Assembly: GCA_964276515.1 (NCBI GenBank)
Contig: OZ193909.1
Coordinates: 3,162,001-3,226,000 of the forward strand
Direction of reading: 5' to 3'
DNA: 64,000 nt
Source: Gordius albopunctatus
Lineage: Eukaryota
The first letter of the stretch is position 1. Each line of letters begins with the position of its first letter. A model generated the notes under the pieces. That model was not told where the DNA came from, searched no databases, and saw only the letters and a list, made by a program, of their open reading frames with translations. Made by a program: the position numbers and the translations under genes. Positions 1-12,300 of the stretch are shown piece by piece.

Positions 1-3000
1 TAGAGACGACAGAGGAGATAATGTGCCGAGTAGGTAAGTGAGTTTGCTCTGATTATAAGCTTATTTAGGGGGTTTACATGGGGGGTGGGGGGTTGCTAAG
101 GAGGAGGCATATATTACCTTATTTAATTAAAACAAACCCCACGCAATCTATTTCCCCCCACGATCTCCCGCCTTCTTAGCAACAGTGTCACTGTTTTTAA
201 ACGTGTAACGATGATAAGATGGCGGAGAGTCGCATTCCCATCATGTGTCATCGTCACATATTAATCTCATCTTCCTCCTTCGTCAAAAGGTTACACAGAG
301 ATCTATCTATCTTCGACACACCACCAAAGGTAAAAGGTTAGGGGGGGACGTGATAAGGGATTATACTCGCTATGCGTTTATGAAAGCATTGTCAATGTTT
401 TGAGGAGTTTCGGGTTATGGGTCTTGGCATAAAAGTCGATCAAATACTTGACAGTGGCAATCGCCCCCACAGTGTTTAAGGGTATTGATGAGAGCCACTT
501 AATTTCTATTTTCTTTAAAGCCACACAACTTACTGATTTTGGCCCTAAAGTGAACGAGGAAAAATTCTATCAAGTTGGTAAAGGGAATGAGTTATAAAGT
601 GTTAACTTGCTATTTTGAATCCTGACCCACTTATATTATGTAGACGACAGCATTTAATTGAATCACGAAATGTCGGGATGCATACGAAGACACTATAAAT
701 AAGTAACCAAGGTGGTGTTATAGAATCCATCTTAATATTACTTTCTTTTGACTTACCGCTCCAAGCTAGACGTAAAAAGTGGAGGGCTTTATTGCGAAAT
801 AGTTTGCCAATGTATTGCTGGCTTTATTCTTAACTAACTTCTTTTGTGCCCGCCGCCGACCCTATTATTACTAAACTCTCGATTAAAGTTGAGGGCGCCT
901 TACTTAAAGACTTTTGCCTGTGAGAACGAATAAATTTAAGTATAAAATAAGGAAAAGCCCCTTTTGCACAGAACTGTCTACCGCGAAGTTATAAATTGAA
1001 TAGCAGCACTCCTCCCCTGAGCGAAATCCATAAAAAGCGTGAAAAGTAAGTTTCTAAGGAGGTCGCCGATTTAAGTTATTTCGCAGAATTTAATAGTTCT
1101 AGGTAATATCGTAAAACTTGAATAACTAAGGGAAAACGATAAAAAACAGAATTGAAAGCTAATTAAAACACAAAAAACCTTCTTAATCATCCAAACATTT
1201 TTATCCCATTTTAATCATCAAGTTATTGCATTTATAGGGCTCACCATACTAAGTCTCTTTTAAGACTATATTTAGATGTAAAGCAATTTGATAGCATGAT
1301 TAACGCAAAAAAGATGAATAAAACGTGTCACCATTCTATTTTCCAAGTTAATATCGTGCTCTTATCTAATTTTGGACAAATGTTGAATTTGTGATACTTA
1401 ATACGCACCAACCTGTATTAGTAAAGATATCGTATTACACAATCTGCAGGAGTTCGTTCCTTTTATCCATAATTTAGTCGATTGGCAATTTAACCGGGAG
1501 CACTGTGTTATAATTAACCCGCAACATGACAACGGAATGTATACCACCATGCATGTGGAAGGATGAGCATATTGACATTAGGTCACGGGGGTAAGATAAT
1601 AAAATCTGTGCCGTGCAAATTTTTACAAATGGTGCCTAGGTTTTTTTAAAATTATTATTTTTCCCACTACTTTATTAAGTTACTTCAAAAGTTTCAGTAG
1701 CATCAACAACACCGGTAGAAAATAATTGAAAAATAAAAAAAAATTAGTATGTTTAAAGGTAATATTGTAAATTGAATTACTTTGAAGTATAATCTTCGCG
1801 GGGCAACGTTATTTTTCCAATCGTGGTTTGAGTGAGTTCCTTACTGATGATACCCTGTATATGAAAATTTGCATTAGTTCATGAGCCATTTATTTAAAAT
1901 CATAGATACGGATAGTACAACTAGGTTACTGGCTTTTCGTAACGAATCGATGGTAAACGTTTAATTTAAACCATGGTCCTTTTTTAAAATTATATTTTAT
2001 ATTACGATGAGCTAAATGGTTCGAATCTATACACGGGGGGAATTAAATTTTTTAATTTGAAACTTAAATGTGACATAAAAAGAGTGCTTTTGTTTGCCAT
2101 TAATCACCCCGTTGATAGGTTTTACGGGAGAGGACTACTTACCTACAATGTTGGTTGGATTCTATCTAACTAAAGAAAAGACGTTTATTCTCTCGTTACA
2201 TCAATATAATTACGAAGCCCTGAGTAGTCTACCGAAATTGGAATTGCCGTGTGCTTCGGGTCCTAATTTTTTTTGCAAGAACATTACAGGATGATGTATG
2301 GTATCATAGTGAAAAGGTAACCTTAATTAAATACTCACTGACTCCCCCCAATCATTTTTCAGGAATTTCGATGCTGAAAAAGGGGGGAAGGAGGGGGGGG
2401 GGTGGCAGAAGCTATAGGATTAAGGGGAATCTAGAGTGAATCTTACTATTTTACCATAAAAAAAATTCCTTAAATGCTTCTCTCTCTATCTCCCATCCTT
2501 ATATTGAGTTGATAAGTTGCTAGAGAGAAGATTACCTAAAATGCCGTGCTAAGGTGCATGAGGGATGGCTCGGGGAAGAGATATATATATATGCTTTGCA
2601 TTGCATAGTAATTAGAGAGGAGCGGATAAAGTCAATATAGCTTCGCTCCTCATAGTTCTCTAATAGCTCAAGTGCAATCTAGCATGGAAATCAAGGAGTT
2701 AACTATGTATGGGAAGAGTCGATAGAGATAGGAAGTTGGCAAAAAAAGCCCTAGCCCTCTCCGCGAACAACATTAAATGACTGCAAATTTTATTACGCTC
2801 CACAATGATCACAGGTGTTTGACGTTGATGAAATGCGTGGAAATTAATCACATTTCAGGGCACTGACTTTTGAAATTAAGGTGCTAATCGACTAATAAGA
2901 CATCGTTATAAGAGCGTTAAAACGTAGTCGACCATTAAAATGTACAATTAAATTATTCATTCGGGTAGAGTGAAGATCCTTCAAAATGTAGATCCTAGAT

Positions 3001-3362
3001 TAAAAATTCCAATGGTTAAGCGAATCGAAAATTTTGTGGTTACATTTTTTATCCAAGAATCCACATATAGTTTGTGGTCGGTTTAAATTTATTATAAATT
3101 CCAAGGTCGTTAAAATAATTTTCGGGCCGCTCGAGCCAGTTATAAACTTTTTTTGGCCCGCCCGAGCTGTTATTAAATTTGTTTTGGTCCTTACCAAGCT
3201 TGACTCTTAATTTTTTTATTTTAAAAGCCCGTCCGTACCCATCCGCGAGCTTTTAGGGCCTCCGCGGGCTGGGCCTGCCCGTGCAGATCTCAACAGTGAC
3301 TAAACGAATCTAGCAATGACAACCACAAAAAGCTAACTCAATTTTAGTTTACAAATTATTAC

Positions 3363-6300
3363 CACATTTAGCGTTAGTGAATCGGTTGTAGTAGACTTAT
3401 TGGCACCAGGGTGCGATTCCGAAAATTGGGTAATAAGCGAGACGTCCTCTTCTAATTTCAAATCGCTATATGTGATCTTGTCGGTGATTTGGGCATTGAG
3501 AATATTATCTAGAGAAGTGAGAATAGTGTCAAAACATTTAGTATCATTGCTATTTTCTTCGGCAGGGCATTTCTCCTCAATCCCTAGGTTTTCGTACAGA
3601 TGATCATTTTGACACTGATTAGAACGGTCATCGGCTAAGAAATTCTCTATTGCAATTGTGCCAGATTCATCAATAAGCTCGCCTTTGTGTAAATTCATAT
3701 CGGCGACATTTGTGCCAATTTCACCGCTTTTATCAAAGTATCCTGAGGCGATTAAAGGTGTGGACTTGGCACCCGTAGGCGGATTCGCGAGATGTGAGAG
3801 GTCAGGATTTTTTGTAAATGAGGTCGTCACGGATTCTGTAGATTTGAATTTATGACAGGCGATGCCCATGCGAATGTATGGGTAATTTTTGTTTATAGAG
3901 TCCGAAGGGTGTTCCGAAAGAACTTTCAAAAGTGCAAGGCGCCTCCATGCATTTGGTGAGCCGTTGCAACCATTTTCGGCGATTGGTGATATTTTGATAT
4001 CATGAACCTAATCAGAAAATCGAATCATTACATTTGAATGAAATAAAATATCAGCTATTTTGAACAAAAATAAGAACAAAACATTTCGCATTCATAGGAC
4101 TGTGAGCGAAGTTGATTTATTTTCCATAAATTTTATTGCATTTTTGTGAGGACTAATCATAAAAAACTGCAGACTTTATTAAAACAAACCTGAAATTTAT
4201 AAAAATAAATAAGATTGCATTAAGAAAAATATCCTTAATATATTGTACAAATACATTACAACAGTTAAATTATACATTTGAAGCTGATTGGGTGTTAGTT
4301 TTCATGCGTTGGTATTCCTCGTCCAGCCACATTTTACGGTATTTTTCGGTCCAAGTTGATCTCCCTCTAGCCTTAGCCTGATTGCCTTCGAACCTCCCAA
4401 CGGACTCAGCTAAGTCCCGCTCAACTTCCCGGTCTAGACAGGAGTCAGCTTCAAGGTCTACGTCACTTTTAAAGGGCGAGTTATGGTGCTGGGTCAGGGG
4501 TTTGAAAATTGAACTGAGAGACGGTAAAAAGGCGCCCCGCTTTTTAGCGTTGAATATTTTGGACATACTCTTGGAACATGTAATAGCAGAAGCTTGTCCC
4601 ACGTTATTATGCCTACGTGAAATTGTATTTTCGACTTGACCGCCGCGGTAAGCTATGGTTTTCATGCTATTCAATGACGCTACTGACATTGAGGCCCCCT
4701 TGGTCGGCATTACTTTAGTGAAATCCAGTCCGGTTTTAGGTTCATTCCCTTCCTTAGCATTTATTTCTTGCAAAGATTCCAAGATCCTACCGTCGGGCAA
4801 GCAGTTCCCCCCTGTCGTTTTAGCCGTCTTAGAAGATCCCTTACCAAGTTTTCGTAAGCCCTGAAGCGAGTAAAATTTTGAGGCTTTCACGTATTTTCGA
4901 GTCATCGCCTCTAGCTCTCGTTCCCGCACACCCTCCCCTATCTCCATTTCCCCATTCATGCCTTCCCCCGGGAGATCAAAAACATTTTCACTGAATTTAT
5001 CAGAGGACCCGAGGCCGGCTGCTACCGTTTTTACCACATAATTTAGATGGGAATCCGATTTAGCTGGTTTAAAAGGAGTATGATTAGGGCTACCTTTGCT
5101 AGCAGATCCTGGGCTCCACAAACAACTTACTGTCGACTTACAAGGTGAGTGATTCGTTTTTAGGGTAGGAGAAAGGGAGGAAGTTGTGTAGCCTATTTCG
5201 AGATTCGTTAAATTCGTGTTAGAGCGCGAAACTAACTCCTTGGTCGTCGGTGAACCATTGAAATAATTACCAAACTCCATGGCACGCTCCAGCTTAGCGT
5301 TATCTACCTTCGAATTTGCACTTTGAGTATCGAGCGTGCCATTACTTTGGGAAAATATAAGTTCTGCCACGTCGTAACTAGTAGATAGTGGTGATCGGTT
5401 TCGGGCTGTGTTGAGCGCCTCGTTATTCGAAAGTGGCGGTCTCTGTGGATATTTCCCCGAAGTTTCAAACTTTTTTATTGTTTGGTATAATGGTAAATTG
5501 GTCTGATTTAGCGATGGTTCCCCGTGGCATTTAATTATCGCAGTGTTTTCGCAAGGTCTTGTTTCAATGACCGATTCATAAATCGACTCATCACTAGGAT
5601 GCGATTGCTCATGTTTCGGCGAGTTTAGGGAAGGCGTAACCTGTCAATAAGAAAGTAGAAGCATAGAACGATTCATATAAAATTGCCATAAAATGTATAC
5701 AATTTAGCGAATAATTAAGTGAAGATAAGATATAAAAGTTTAAAAACTTCTATAATAGGCGTAAAAGGGCGAAAGCTATCTTCGGGTAGCATGCGAAAAT
5801 AGCCATGATCCGACGGCATGTCCAAACTTCCCAAAACCTGATGTCGCCAACTAGCTGGATTTTCGTAAAATTCGGTAGAAACGTCTCCTGACTTACACGT
5901 TTGATTGTTGCCTTTACAAGGCATCTTTTGTTCACTGGGACTAACAATGATATCTTTGCTAGGACTGTAGCTTTTCCCCGTTACACCGTTGTTATTTTTA
6001 AGGTCGTTTTCCTTGTTGCTGACACTTGTTTTGAGTCCGAAAAATTTAGAATGTCCCATTTTAGGATCGGGGTTGGCGTTGCATTTTGAAGAAGTGCTAA
6101 AACTAAAGCTCGATCCCAGGTTCAAGAGCTTAGCGGTTCGAGAGGCCCTCTTAGAAGCTCGGTTAATTTGGGGTTGTGCCGACCTTTTGCTATTCTTGAC
6201 AAAATGGCTACCATTTAACCCAAAGCCACTTGACCCGTTATGACCATTTGGACTAGAGCCCGTTTCTAGCATGGAAGTTGGACGCATATATTTGGATTTG

Positions 6301-9300
6301 CAGTTAGGATATTCGCCTGTATCGAATCCCTGCAACTTTTTAAGGGACAATGAGTGGGATGCGTGGTGCGAAGGGAAGTGCAAAAAATTGAAAAAAGCAA
6401 CTTTCTCCATGCCTCTCTCACTCACTTTAGGTTGTGCCGAGTGTGGGGATGAATTTGATCTGATTTAACGAAAAAATTATTAATTATAAACGAAATGTTT
6501 TAAAAAGTCATATTACATAAAATATCTATGGAATATATGCTAATATTACATTAAAATAGAGGTATTTGATGATAAAAAACGAATTCTTATTAAGTTGTTG
6601 GCTTTTTACCCCGTTATTATTCCTCTTTTCAATCAAAACTCAATTTTGACAACACATTTAAATATTTTTCGAGAGATTACGAGCATTCGTTTTTTAACGC
6701 CCTCTACTGCTCCCGTGAATCTCTTAGAAATATTCTTTACGAGGGACAAAATCTTATAAATTTACATTCAAACATGTCAATATATATACCAACCAGGTGT
6801 TAAAAGATGTAACCAAGATTCGTCAATAGTTCGCCGTAGGGGTCAATGTTCCTAGTTAGGGTCAAAGTTTTCCATTGGCTTTAAAGATTTTATGCTCACA
6901 CCCATGGGCGTCGTACCCAGGTTTTGAATTGGGGGGGGGGGGGCGGAGTAAAAAAAATTTCCTTACCAAAAATTTTCGGCAAACCAAAAAAAAGGTCTCC
7001 AGTATCCAAAACGCGACCTATAAAATGGCTAACCGGGGGGGGGGCAGCCACACTCCCTGCCTCCCCCTGACAAATCGGGGGGGGGGGGGGCAAAACATAA
7101 TTTCTTAGGGTTTTTGTATTGAATGTATATCTTCGGATAAAAAATTTTCAACCTTATTGATGCAATATTAATTGCTATGCAATTTATGGGCTCGTTTTTT
7201 GTTGTCCGTCGTCCGTCCGTCGTCCACCAAGTTATTTACACCAGCTTCCCGACCTGCAGGTTGGAGATCGAGACCCGGAGAGGACAAACTTTTTTTATTT
7301 TTTTTAAATTAAATTAATATTTTGTTCTTGTTAATGCCATTGATAATATGACTTTTTGACCGTCCGCAGGCTACTGACCAATGAAAAAAAATGACCATTG
7401 GCCAAATAAATCCAAATTTTTCGTTTTTCGTTTTTGAATTGGGTAACATTGATAATTACGCTATGCCCTCCCCTACAAGGGTCTATGCCTCTATTGATAT
7501 GGTTCCCTGTTCCTCTCCAAAGGCTTATGCTTCTGTTTAATGTGGGTTTGAATCCCGGTGAACGTTCTAAATTGCTGGTTCGAGACCCGGAGAGGACAAA
7601 ATTTTTTATTTTTTTTTAAATTATATTAATATATTGTTCTCGTTAATACCATTGATAATATGACTTTTTGGCCGTCCGCTGGCTGCTGACCAATGGAAAA
7701 AATGACCATTGGCCAAAGTGAGCATCAAAAATTTTTTCCCCGTTTTTTTGGCTATCATTAACTTATAGAGTATCTGTTGGTACTGACCAATGGAAAAAAA
7801 TGACCATTGGCCAAAATGTGGATCGAAATTTTTTTTTTGACTCGTATGTATTTATAGACCATCTCTGACCAATGAAAAAAAATGACCATTGGCCAATTTT
7901 CGTTTTTTTTGACTCGTATGTATTTATAGACCGTTGTAATGATCTGAAACGTCGACATCCCCCCCCCTCAGAGATGCATCAAGAATTTAAGGATTTGAAA
8001 GATTACGAAGCATCTACTACAATTGCTTGGGTCACCAAAATGTTTTTAGACAAAAAATTTGCGGTTCACCCAAAATTTGTTAAAGATTTAGAGAAGTATT
8101 ATGCTGCACAAACTGAATCCCTCAATTTCGAAGAGGAAAATGTAGAGACAGCTAGAAATATCATAAATACATGGCTTCTTGACCAAACAGCTTAATTGAC
8201 CGTGTTTTATCTGCACCCGTACCTAATAGTTTAAACAGAATGCTATTACTAAACGTTTTTGACTTTAACGCCAAATGGGAAGTTCCCTTTAAAAAATCTT
8301 TAACTATTTGGAATGACACCTTTCTCGCTTCTCAAGCAAATATCATATTCCGAGTACCATCTTATATCAGCTATTTTACCTATTTTTTATTTAATAGTAA
8401 TTTAATAAATGCATATTTCTCAATGGTAGGCACCTTTTCAAATTAAAAAAATAATATTTGTTATCGCTAAATTAATTTTGATAAGTTATTTATTAACCCT
8501 AATTAATGCCCCCCAAAAACATACTCTCGAGAACCCGCTTTCCACAATAGCTACACTGAAATAAAAATAGATCGAAAAAACTCTCGAGTACCCCCTTCCC
8601 CCAATAACTTAATCTTACTTTAATTCCTCAACCTTGGAATTTAATGGGTTTTCTGAGGGAAACGGATAAATCGTATAGAGAGGACGACTTTGTAAATTTT
8701 TAAATGCTCATTTCTTTATTTCCAATAAACCATCTACAAACTTAATCATTAACAATTAATACAGCGCGCATCATTTTAAATTCACAAAAGGTAATTATTA
8801 ATTTAATTTTAATAAAATAATTTGTAATTTAAACTTATTTAAGATTTCGAATCTTCTAGAAAGATAATCCTTTTACGCTATTTAGATTAAATTCATTTAG
8901 CACTTCTAGATTAAACTTAGTTTTTACTGTAAATTCACAAATAGCGACTAAATAAATTCTCTATATTTTTTCCCCTTAAATATCAAAGCCAAAACAAATA
9001 TTACGCCAGAATAAAGTAAATAAAAATTAAAGAAAAGCCCATTAAGTCCGAATACTCTTGAGGTGCCCGCCTGACCATATACAAGCTGTCGGCAAGGCTC
9101 GGGGTTTTTTATGAGTCAAGGACGGCAATCGTATTTAACAAACATCTAATACATAACTAATCCGACCAAATATTTATGTTGAATTCATGTTAAATTATTT
9201 AATTACATTTACCTTTAAATATTATAAATAATTTTGCTAGCTAAAAAAATATGGTTGTTAAAATAAATATATATTGCAGCCATTACATGCTTGAAAGCAT

Positions 9301-12300
9301 GATTAGGGCTTAATAAATATACAAGTAATATTTGCGCCAAACCAAGCTTATTTGCTGGGCGCGAGCGATATATACATTTAAACGTTACATTTGATTAATA
9401 TTATATTTTTCATTATAGATTTGAGAAATGATATTAATTCACTATATTAATGCTTAAAAATAATCTCGGGTCTCAAATTGCCGGGCGCCATGTTTATGGC
9501 GTATATTAACATTTAATCCCTTTTCATTTTGTTATATAATTAAACGTTAAACTTATGAAGAAAAAATTCTTTAAGTTTCTCATTATTCCTTCTTCCATAG
9601 TGCATATTTATTAAGTCAATTAGATCACCATTTTGGGTGAGGTTTTTCAAAAATAAGGGACGAATTTTTTTTACTTATTAAGAAAGATAAAGGCGATGAG
9701 GCTCCCAAAAAATTTGTTCCGTTCGTGAAGCCCAGGTTTAAATTGCTACCCTTGGTTCAAAATGTAATAAACAAAGATGTTTTGAACGTTAAACTTTGGC
9801 AAGAATCTATTGCAAATCGTGAAGATGTTATTATATTATTAACTATTTGGAAAAAATGACCATTGGCCAAATTTGTAATTCGAAATTTTTTTTTTCGTTT
9901 TTTTTTAAATTAGTTACCATTGATATTTACACTATGTCCGTCAGTCCAATTATTTTGCCTTTAATATCCCCCTATAGAGATTCTCGCCCATAAATTGCAT
10001 AGCAAATATGCTACTTTTATGCAGAGTATAGAAGAGTTCCCCTACTCCCATTCCCACGAGGCCCGAAGGCCCGAGTTATATATATATAGATATATTTGTT
10101 TTAAATAAAAAGATACCGGTTCCATATTTACACCCCTGATACAATATCTTTTTATATTTGATGAGACTTTGAAATGTTGACTTATCTTTATTTATAAGAA
10201 TAATGTTTGGACAGAGTTCAGAATTAAAGTTTTCAAGCACCAGCCCCTTCCTTCTCTTCTTAATAATATTTGTATACATTTATAAAAAGTAGCAGCTATT
10301 ATTAGAGTTTTTAAATTGCTAACTTTCTTCAACTCCAGCCACAATCTGCTCGAGTTTCTGCTCGGTCCTCGAGCATTTTTATATGCTAATGTTCTACCTA
10401 GTGCACCGAACAGAGAGCACATATTGTGCTAACGCGCATATTAAGCAACCCAGTGTGCGTGCTCGCGTCTGGAGTTTGAAGAAAGTTAGCAATTTAACAA
10501 CTCTAGCTATTATTACTCTGAAATAAATACGAATTCAACAAAGATTATTTTTTACCGTTAAATAGATATTTTAAAGTCCGCGGGACTATTTTAACAAATT
10601 TCATGGCTCTAACTAAGCCATATTTCATTTTTCCCATTTCATCAATATTGTCCCATGCTATAGCCAGAATTTAGAAAATAACACATTGGTCCGACCACAT
10701 TGAGCAGTTAACAAATATTTCACCGACCAGGGTCTCAACTTGTCTCACTAATAAAATAATCTAGAAAAATTCCGTCCATTTTACAGATAAATTTATAGGG
10801 AATTGTTTTCGGACAACATACTCATTGTTATTGCTGAAGTTTTTTTATCGCCTTAATATTATTTGATTCACCTTTACTACCCGTGATAAATCGGGCCCTC
10901 TTTAAAAAAACCGAACTGGAATCGTATTCAAAATCTTTATTTCAACAATATATCAAAATTGAAGCCCAATTTTTTTCCAACTATGAGTGGTAATTTCTTG
11001 AATTTTAAAAAGCAATTGCATACTTATCGAGTCTACGCTCTTGTCCCTTCATATGGACCATTAAAATATACATAAAGATGCGTATTTTACAATTAAAGAG
11101 CTCAAATGATTAGTGTGATTAATTAAGTAAATTTACAATTTTATATGAATTATTAAAAATTGATTTATCTTACTTTCGGTGGTGATCTAGCTGTTTGTCA
11201 CGATGATCATTTCTAATATCTTTATGAGAGTTGTCTTGACTAAGATTGAATTCTGAAAAGGAAGCTGGTTTTGTTGTGGGTTTTCTTAGCTTTACGCTGT
11301 CGTTTTCGTATGTCGGAGTATTTTGAAATTCTTTATCTTGCCCTAGATCGACTCCGGAAACCCGACAATTGAGAACTCTTATTTTATGATTAGGTGGACC
11401 TCTGGATTGATAAATAATTGGATTTTAAAACTCCGTATTTTAGGAATAATTACGGTAAAAGGAAGAACATATGTTAATGTTACATTGGCACCCACCAAAA
11501 TTAAAATCTTGAAATAGAGCCACATTTATTTCTTTTTTCTAAACAAAATGCTTCTTACCTTTTAATAAAATAAATGATTTATAGGCTAAATGTATAACTC
11601 AACTACTATAAATGTTTAGAATAAAAATGTGAGTGGGCATTGATTGAACTAACGTGAAAATACCCTAAACTGTTTGAACTTCATTCTCCAGCAAATGTGA
11701 ATAAACTTGAAATGTCAAAATTACATTATCATAAATAACACCCAGCCGGGGTTTTCTTTGTAAAAAAAATTCGTAGATGGCGGTTTTAATTCATTATCCG
11801 TTCTTCAAACTTGTAACTAAACATTTTAAACAAAATGCTTAGCGCTTCGCGCCTCGCTAAAATTATAACGCACCTTCAAATCGTTTAAGGTTTATTAAAC
11901 GAAAGAGAAAGCGTCAAAACTTCAAAATAACGAGAAAGTGAGCAAAGAAGAATGCGTTTTACAACAATTCCTTAAATTATGGGTGTTTCAGGGTGTAACG
12001 ACCTGCAAACACGACACTAATAAATTATCCGCATAGCGTGAGCCCACTACTAATTTAATTTGTCCCTTTGCGCTAATTTGGCGGGCGGGGGCGGGGGGGG
12101 GAGACAATGCATATTTGTCATTTGTCCCAGCAGGTAAATATTTAGGAACGCAATTTATCATCGTTCTCGGTGGGTAAATTAGTATACCAAACTATCTCCA
12201 ACGTCCTTTTTGCTATTGAACACAAATGTCCAGCCAATGACACCGCTGTCTGTCATGGGCGTAGCCAGGGGCGGGGCAAGGAGGGGTGGCTGCCCCTCTA

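Larger units (their letters stand above)
7165..10077 (+). mobile_element. Non-autonomous DINE-1/Helentron-like (HINE) element, ~2.9 kb, with cargo
   Basis: Perfect 20-bp subterminal inverted repeats TTGCTATGCAATTTATGGGC (7172-7191) and its complement (9986-10005), a GTCC/GTC microsatellite just inside the 5' end (7204-7225), and a terminal hairpin GGCC-CGAA-GGCC (~10060-10071) followed by TT; no TSD seen. This is the described DINE-1/HINE architecture. Related ends occur at 52364-53374 (-) and ~40080. Confidence 0.7.

Noticed and set aside
1844..1868. CTGATGA...GAAA as a hammerhead ribozyme
   Set aside because: No proper stem II closing against GAAA and no stem I.
3400..6468. Plus-strand ORFs at 3400, 3658, 4382, 4655, 5901, 5989, 6271
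   Set aside because: Antisense shadows of the large minus-strand exons.
7520..7600. tRNA gene
   Set aside because: Only B-box/T-loop motifs; no acceptor, D or anticodon arms could be folded.
7374..7896. CRISPR-like array of ~32-bp palindromic repeats
   Set aside because: Spacing is irregular, the intervening sequences are themselves duplicated, there are no cas genes, and the context is a eukaryotic transposon.
7872..8446. Functional nested serpin gene
   Set aside because: Frameshift at ~8190, no signal peptide, no reactive-centre loop, and the upstream ATG comes from the TE repeat.
10192..10422. Similar short ORFs at 10192 and 50517 as a duplicated small gene
   Set aside because: Both lie within copies of the same 200-bp MITE.
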